Source: Eledone cirrhosa (lineage: Eukaryota). Taken from it: a DNA stretch of 64,000 nucleotides. A program made the position numbers and the translations under genes. Of this stretch, positions 56,790 to 64,000 are shown piece after piece. The stretch is taken from contig OZ024752.1 in assembly GCA_964016885.1 (NCBI GenBank), positions 24,986,001 to 25,050,000 of the forward strand. Direction: 5' to 3'. The notes below the pieces were generated by a model. It made no database searches and was not told the origin of the DNA. It worked only from the letters and a program-made list of their open reading frames with translations. Each line of letters begins with the position of its first letter. Positions within the stretch are counted from its first letter, which is position 1.

Positions 56790-58118
56790 CCCGCTCCAGC
56801 GCCATCCATTTTCGGGTCCGGTCGATTCGGCAGGTAAGTTGTTACACACTCCTGAGCGGATTCCGATTTCCGTGGCCACCGTCCTGCTGTCTATATCGAC
56901 CGACACCCTTTCGGGGATCTAATGGGCAAAGCGTAGGGCACCTTAGCCGGACGTTCGGTTCATCCCACATCACCAGTTCTGCTTACCAAAAGTGGCCCAC
57001 TTGGCACCGTGCATTCGTCGCCGAGACGGCGGCCGCCTCCGATCGGGAGAGAAAGCGGCCCGTTTCGCCCATTCCGAGTTCGAGAGTAGATCGAGGCCGT
57101 CAACGTCCCCGACTGGGACTCCTCGGTCCGTGTTTCAAGACGGGTCGGGTAGGTTGCCGATGCTCGTCGCAGACCTGCAGCAGCGGACGGCTCGTGATCC
57201 TGGTCCGCCCAGCGACCCGCTCACTCCTGCTCCGCAAAGAGAGCAAAAGAGAAAAAGCAAACGGGGCGAGCGAACGAGGCGGCCGCTTTCTCGAAAGCCG
57301 ATCAGACATTTTAAGGATATAAAAAACCGACCTAAGCATATACGAACGGCGCTGCGGCTGATAAAGGAACACGCGCGTTTGTCCCGTCCCCGCCTGTTAG
57401 CCGTGCCTGGGACGATGAAAACCACCGCCGAGCGACGGGCCTGGTCGAGAGAAGCGCTGTTTTCGGAAACCCGCTTCGAAAGCGAACCGGGATGGTTCGT
57501 TTTCTAGGCGGGCCACCGCTCTGCGAACTGCGGACACTGCGCGCCATCCAGCCTGACGGGAACGGGTCGCTACCACGGATCGAAGGGGAAGTGTGTCCGA
57601 TGCCGGCACCCCGCGAATCGTAACGCCGGCGAGGCGGTCGGCGGTCCCCTCGCGATCGCGGTGAATGGTCCTACCCGTTTAACCCCTGGGCGGTTTCACG
57701 GTCTCTTGAACTCTCTCTCCAAAGTTCTTTTCAACTTTCCCTCGCGGTACTTGTCGGCTATTGGACTCGTCCCGGTATTTAGCCTTGGATGGAGCTTACC
57801 ACCCGCTTTGGGCTGCGTTCCCAAGCAACCCGACTCTCGGGCCGAAGAAAGAGACACTGTCGATCGCCGCCGGCTCTGAATGGGCCTGGCACCCGCTTTG
57901 GGCAGCCCCGATCGAGGGGACTCCGAACCTAGCCGGGCGAAACGAACGACCGTGTACGACCCTTGCGCCACAGCTCTCGACGACCTGCTTGCGGACGACG
58001 AGATTCAGCGTTGGGCTCCTCCCAGTTCACTCGCCGTTACTAAGGGAATCCCGGTTGGTTTCTTTTCCTCCGCTTAGCGATATGCTTAAGTTCGGCGGGT
58101 AGTCGCGTCCGAGTCGAG
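56790..58118 (-). rRNA. 28S rRNA 5' portion, inverted, with an internal deletion near 57113 (pseudogene)
   Basis: ACCCGCCGAACTTAAGCATA, GAAAAGAAAC, GTCTTGAAACACGGACC, GGTAAGCAGAACTGG and AAAATGGATGGCGCTGGAGC on minus. Confidence 0.92.
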
Positions 58119-58349
58119 GGCAGCTATTCGCATACGCCGAATACGCTGAATACGAAGAACGACGAGGACGGTAAGAAGAAGAAGGCGGCATTGATAAAGA
58201 AGAGGTTGGCGGCGGGCGCCGAGGCGGAATGTGGAAAAAAACGAGAGAAATGGGAAAAAAAGAGGCGGCATCGAAATCGTTTCTCGTCGGTCGACACGAA
58301 GGCTTTGTGTTTTTGGCGACTCGCAGAGCGAACGCCGGCCGACGAACAA
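58119..58349 (-). other. Probable ITS2 3' part
   Basis: Non-conserved sequence immediately 5' of the 28S start on minus, ending at the inversion breakpoint. Confidence 0.55.
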
Positions 58350-59232
58350 CGTACCTTCGGAAGAAGGATTGGCTCCGAGGACCGGGTCGGTCGGGCCGTG
58401 TGTGTGTCGGCCTGTCGGCCGTCTTGTTTTTTTTTCCAAAAACTCGGGATCGGTCGCGCGGCACGTCTGTACGCGAAGCGGTGAACCGGTACGGGGCTGT
58501 AGCGTTGGCGTCGGACTCGACGTTCGAGCGTCGGTCGGGTGGTCGATTTGCGCCCGTTTCGTTTGCGTTCGTTTCGTTTTTCCTTGCCCTTCTTTCGGTT
58601 GGCGGCGAGGAGAGAGAGGAAGAAGGCGGCGGCGGCTGCGGGTTGGTCGCGCGGAGGCGGACGGGGTTTGTTGAAAGATTACCGCGGAGGAGGGATGAAG
58701 GCGTAGCAGTGGACGGAGGGGGAGGAGACGCTTGTCGCTCGCAAGGGCGGTTTGTGTTTTTTTTTTTCTTTCGTTTTTCTGCTCGCTTTTGTTTTGTTCT
58801 TTCGGTTTTTTTTTTCTCTTTACCTTTACTGTTCGTCGCAGTGCCGGCGGCTCGCGCGTCGTCGTCGTCTTTTTTTCTTCGTTTTCTTCGTTTTTGTCGG
58901 TCGGAAACAAAAACGGGGGGCTTGGAGAGGCGCTAGCTTGGCGTTGGCGAGCGGCGTTTCGGTCGGTTACTTTTTGCGACGTTCGATGCGTAGTGGGCGC
59001 GAACAACACGGCTCCACGCCCGGGACACCGTGGAGCGACACGGCTTCGGGCTCGTTGGCGCGTCGGTTTGCTTCCTTTCTTTCTTGTTCGCGAGGAGGAG
59101 GGCGGTTGCCGAGACGCGCGGCAGGCGTTCGGCCGGCGGCGAACGGTCAACTCGGAACTGGTACGGACCGGGGGAATCCGACTGTCTAATTAAAACAGAG
59201 CATCGCGTAGCCGGCCGAGCCGCATAGACGCG

Positions 59233-59264
<32 letters not shown>

Positions 59265-59280
59265 AGTGAAGAAATTCAAC

Positions 59281-59318
<38 letters not shown>
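58350..59318 (+). rRNA. 28S rRNA central portion (expanded D8) up to the R2 target site
   Basis: AAGGATTGGCTC, GGGAATCCGACTG, CAAGCGCGGGTAAACGGCGGGAGTAACTATGACTCTCT. Confidence 0.93.
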
Positions 59319-59553
59319 CTTTGCGGCGCCACCCTTGACGTGGGAAGAGAGCTTAAATCCGTGGTTAGAGCTATACGAGTGAGTCAGCCCGACGCATTTC
59401 TTTTTGCGGTTTAACGCGTTACCGTACCTTTGGACGTTTGACTCCTTTCAGCTGGGGCCGGGGGGTCGGTTCCGGGGTGCGGGTTCGGGTTGACTCGGTA
59501 GGTTTTACCATACTCGGTTGGTCTGCCACATTAAGGATGAACTAATTGGCGCC
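59315..59553 (+). ncRNA. Predicted HDV-like (CPEB3-like) self-cleaving ribozyme with enlarged P4
   Basis: P1 CTCTCTT/AAGAGAG, P2 GGCGCCA/TGGCGCC, P3 CCC/GGG, L3 TTGACGT, P1.1 G-C, J4/2 CTAA (C59542). Confidence 0.65.
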
Positions 59554-60500
59554 TAAATTATGATTGTAATAATTATATAAAAATCATATATCCGTACGGT
59601 AGCTGGGGGCCGTTTTTAAACCAGTAACCGAGGGGTTGGGATGGGCCCCTTAGGTTTACTAACTACGGCGGGCCGCTGTGGTGGCTCCGTGATCATTACA
59701 GTTGGGTGTGATGGGATGGGGAGTCGCCGTGGTGGCTTGCTGTGGTACTAAACCACCCTCGAGGGCTGACACGGAGCCGGGATACGCCCTCTGGATTAGA
59801 GCCGGCTCAAACCTTTTTTTTTGTGGGCGCGGAAGTGCCTTGAAACTCTCTCCCTAGTTTGTTTTTTTTTATTAACTCGGTGAGCGGTCGGATATAATAT
59901 CCGAGAAGGAAAGGTAAGACGCCTCCGCCGTTCCGCTAGTCTGGTGGTTCGCCTTGGGAAAGCGATAGTACCACCTTATCCCCCCCGTCGCAGGGTTACG
60001 CGTTGCTTAAAGAAAAGCGCTCCTTTTTCTTTTTTTATTTTTTGAACTATTATTATTAACAGTTTCGTTAATAATATTTTATGAATAGGTAGGGAGTGAT
60101 AAAATGGCTTCTGGAGCGCCCCACAATTTTTTTTTTTTTTTTATAGAGTACGATGTATGACCAGGGAGTTTGGTGCCTCCCTGCGCGGGATTCGGGCAAC
60201 AGGATCTCCGCGCGGGGTTCGGTTCCGGATGCTTACTTGGTGCGTACAACCAGATTGACAAAGTGGCACGGCCGGGAGGGCTTAGTGTCTTGCATGGTTC
60301 GCTCGCTGAGGTGGCTCCCAGCCAGCACTCGCGAGGTCCATGGCTTGGCCTGCTCTTTTGGCGTGACCAACCAAATTTGACTGGGCACGCCGTTCATGCC
60401 ATTGTTGCTTGATGACGTTGGCCCGTGGGACCACCCACATTAAACAAAGGGAAAGGCGGCTTATACTTTGCAAAAAGTATTAGCTAATAGCCAGCTAACC
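59319..60500 (+). mobile_element. Non-coding 1,182-bp insertion at the R2 site of 28S (putative non-autonomous R2/SIDE-like element)
   Basis: 28S breaks after GACTCTCT and resumes at TAGCCAAATGCC (60501) with TAAGG lost; no ORF longer than 80 aa in the track. Confidence 0.85.
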
Positions 60501-60540
<40 letters not shown>

Positions 60541-60575
60541 CGGATCAACGAGATTCCCACTGTCCCTATCTACTG

Positions 60576-60610
<35 letters not shown>

Positions 60611-60617
60611 CGGATCG

Positions 60618-60657
<40 letters not shown>

Positions 60658-61194
60658 TTTTGTGAGGGCACACGGTAGGCGTAGCATAGGCGGGAGCAAT
60701 CTTGCGTCTCTCGGCTGGCGGCAGCGTCGTTTGCGGGTCGCTTGCGGCTTTGCGGCGGCGTTCGCCGTCTGTCGGGTACCGTGCGCGTTTGCGTCGATGA
60801 AAAACCGCCACTTCCGTAGTTTCTTCGCTCACTCGATTGAGAAGGGACGGGGCCGTCGCCGAGCGGTGGTTCATTTATCTGGTGCGAAGCGTGCGGTGCA
60901 TGTCGCGCGCGCACACGTTGTGCGCCGACGCAGCCGATGCGCGACCCTTAGTCGAGAACAGTGTCGGTCGGGGAGTTTGACTGGGGCGGTACGTCTGTCA
61001 AAGGGTAACGCAGGTGTCCCAAGGCGAGCTCAGCGTGGACGGAAACCACACGTTGAGCAAAAGGGCAAAAGCTCGCTCGATCTCGATTTTCAGTACGAAT
61101 ACGGACCGCGAAAGCGTGGCCCATCGATCCTTTCCGAATAGCGGCGAGCTATGCGTCCGCCGAGAGGTGTCAGAAAAGTTACCAAAGCGGCGTC

Positions 61195-61232
<38 letters not shown>

Positions 61233-61274
61233 CGAAGCAGAATTCGCAAAGCGTTGGATTGTTCACCCACTAAC

Positions 61275-61321
<47 letters not shown>

Positions 61322-61870
61322 TCCTACCGATGCATTGCGTGTAGGCGGCGGCGGTGGCGGCTGCAGCCACCTTCTCGAAGGCGGCTGCGGTCGGCGTCGC
61401 CGCCGGCAACGTCAACTCGGCTACGGCTATCCCGTCCAGTACGAGAGGAACCGCGGGATCAGAGCAACGGTTTGCGCGCTCGCTCGATAGAGCGGTGGTG
61501 CCAGGCTGCCTCTGAGCGATAACGGCTGAACGCCTCTAAGCCGGAACCGTAGCCGGACCCGAGTTGTTTTTCGAAAGCGTCTCAACCTTCTTAAGGCGCA
61601 TGCCTTAGTTTGGCGATTGCCGTCCGTTCGGCGAAGTCGCTTCCCTTTTCGGGGTGCGCGTCGTCGTCGGCGGCAGCGTCAGCGGAATTGCCATTCTGTG
61701 ACGATTGCGACGATTCGTCGTCGTTGTCGTCCGTTCGATTTGTCGAAAGAGATCGAGACGAAAAGGATCGCTTGTATACGACTCGACTTGCCGTTCGGAG
61801 TGACGTGCTTAGTAGAGCAGCTACCACACTGCGATCTATTGAGTCTCTTCTCACGAACGACACGATCCGC
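60501..61870 (+). rRNA. 28S rRNA 3' portion with a deletion in the peptidyl-transferase centre (pseudogene)
   Basis: GAAAGAAGACCCTGTTGAGCTTGACTCTAG, GATGTCGGCTCTTCC, sarcin-ricin loop AGTACGAGAGGAACC at 61438-61452, GCGATCTATTGA near the 3' end. Confidence 0.93.
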
Positions 61871-62214
61871 CCACCGAGGCGGCAGACAGGAGAAAAAGGA
61901 AATTTGAAAATCGGCTAAGGAAATTATGAACGAACGAACGAACGAACGAGAGATAGCAGCAACTACCGGGTTGGAGCAATGACTCGGTTTTCTTTCGACG
62001 GGTTAGCGTAGTAGCAACGACGACAACGACAAGTCCGCTCCTTAGCCGCCGCCGCCGCCGCCAATTGTTAGGTTCGTTCTTTATTACACTTCCACCGCTG
62101 CTACTGCAAACCACCAACCACTTTCCGCGCGCCAACTTTTACGACGATCTCGCTCGCCGCTCGTTTGCCAGGTTGCGCCAACGACCATCAAGGTCGATCG
62201 ATTAGCATCGAAAA

Positions 62215-64000
62215 TAGAGAGAGTTCGCGGTGAATGCGACGACGACACAGCCTTGATTCGAGTGACGCCGCCGCCGCCGCCGATCCGTCTTCCGAGTTGC
62301 TTATTTTTTTTTCGTATGTTACACGTAGAGAGAGAGTTCGCGGTGAATGCGACACGGCTTTCGTTAGAGTGCCGCCGCCGATCCGTCTTCCGAGTTGGTT
62401 ATTTTTGCGTGTGATACACGTAGCCGCCGCCGCCGCCCATCCGTCGTCCGAGTTGGTTAGTTTCGCGTATGTTACACGTAGAGAGAGAGTTCGCGGTGAA
62501 TGCGACGACACAGCCTTGATTCGAGTGACGCCGCCGCCGATCCGTCTTCCGAGTTGCTTATTTTTTTTTCGTATGTTACACGTAGAGAGAGAGTTCGCGG
62601 TGAATGCGACACGGCTTTGGTTAGAGTGCCGCCGCCGATCCGTCTTCCGAGTTGGTTATTTTTCACGTGTGATACACGTAGCCGCCGCCGCCCATCCGTC
62701 GTCCGAGTTGGTTAGTTTCGCGTATGTTACACGTAGAGAGAGAGTTCGCGGTGAATGCGACGACACAGCCTTGATTCGAGTGACGCCGCCGCCGATCCGT
62801 CTTCCGAGTTGCTTATTTTTTTTTCGTATGTTACACGTAGAGAGAGAGTTCGCGGTGAATGCGACACGGCTTTGGTTAGAGTGCCGCCGCCGATCCGTCT
62901 TCCGAGTTGGTTATTTTTCACGTGTGATACACGTAGCCGCCGCCGCCCATCCGTCGTCCGAGTTGGTTAGTTATGCTTGACGCGTAGCAGGCGGATTCTG
63001 TTTCGTGTGTGTGTCTGTGTGTGATGCAAGCCGCCCATCCGTCGTCCGAGTTGGTTAGTTATGTTTGACGCGTAGCAGGCGGATTCTGTTTCGTGTGTGT
63101 GTCTGTGTGTGATGCAAGCCGCCCATCCGTCGTCCCAGTTGGTTAGTTATGTTTGACGCGTAGCAGGCGGATTCTGTTTCGTGTGTGTGTCTGTGTGTGA
63201 TGCAAGCCGCCCATCCGTCGTCCCAGTTGGTTAGTTATGTTTGACGCGTAGCAGGCGGATTCTGTTTCGTGTGTGTGTCTGTGTGTGATGCAAGCCGCCC
63301 ATCCGTCGTCCGAGTTGGTTAGTTATGCTTGACGCGTAGCAGGCGGATTCTGTTTCGTGTGTGTGTCTGTGTGTGATGCAAGCCGCCCATCCGTCGTCCG
63401 AGTTGGTTAGTTATGCTTGACGCGTAGCAGGCGGATTCTGTTTCGTGTGTGTGTCTGTGTGTGATGCAAGCCGCCCATCCGTCGTCCGAGTTGGTTAGTT
63501 ATGCTTGACGCGTAGCAGGCGGATTCTGTTTCGTGTGTGTGTCTGTGTGTGATGCAAGCCGCCCATCCGTCGTCCGAGTTGGTTAGTTATGCTTGACGCG
63601 TAGCAGGCGGATTCTGTTTCGTGTGTGTGTCTGTGTGTGATGCAAGCCGCCCATCCGTCGTCCGAGTTGGTTAGTTATGTTTGACGCGTAGCAGGCGGAT
63701 TCTGTTTCGTGTGTGTGTCTGTGTGTGATGCAAGCCGCCCATCCGTCGTCCGAGTTGGTTAGTTATGTTTGACGCGTAGCAGGCGGATTCTGTTTCGTGT
63801 GTGTGTCTGTGTGTGATACAAGTTATGTTTAAAGTGCTAGCCGATGATGGTGTGTGTGTCTGTGTGTGATACAAGTTATGTTTTAAGTGCTAGCCGATGA
63901 TGGTGTGTGTGTCTGTGTGTGATACAAGTTATGCTTTAAGTGCTAGCCGATGATGGTGTGTGTGTCTGTGTGTGATACAAGTTATGCTTTAAGTGCTAGC
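62215..64000 (+). repeat. rDNA intergenic spacer subrepeats: 255-bp composite (~3 copies), 88-bp (~10 copies), 53-bp (to window end)
   Basis: Periods measured directly (62472/62727; 63001/63089; 63815/63868); located downstream of the 28S 3' end. Confidence 0.85.

Noticed and set aside
60079-60473. Short ORFs inside the R2-site insert
   Set aside because: 60-80 aa with no RT, zinc-finger/Myb or restriction-like endonuclease motifs
59319-60500. Group I intron at the Tetrahymena/Physarum site (after CUCUCU)
   Set aside because: The 3' exon TAAGG is missing, the insert does not end in G, no U-G splice pair or P7 core is evident, and the 3' junction matches R2
56641-63874. ORFs of up to 354 aa over the rDNA and IGS
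   Set aside because: Spurious frames in GC-rich rRNA and tandem repeats

Overview
AT-rich, microsatellite-laden animal genomic DNA, most likely an octopus (inferred from the ZNF type, RTE/SINE content and expanded 28S D-domains). Bases 1-56,000 are a repeatedly duplicated and inverted C2H2 zinc-finger gene cluster: four cassettes plus orphan tails, embedded in RTE-clade LINE copies (about three subfamilies), tRNA-derived SINEs, a decayed 5.7 kb Helitron, a non-autonomous Helitron and Penelope-like remnants. Bases 56,500-64,000 are a rearranged, pseudogenised rDNA unit (inverted 28S 5' part, 28S 3' part, IGS subrepeats). Two signals stand out. (1) A 1,182-bp, highly structured insertion with no long ORF sits at the R2 retrotransposon target site of 28S, and its 5' end folds by eye into an HDV/CPEB3-like ribozyme with a ~190-nt P4, suggesting a non-autonomous R2-site (SIDE-like) element. 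(2) Type I hammerhead ribozyme motifs occur on the sense strand in the 3' tails of the zinc-finger cassettes, with further hammerheads in Penelope-like remnants. All RNA folds were made by eye and are untested.
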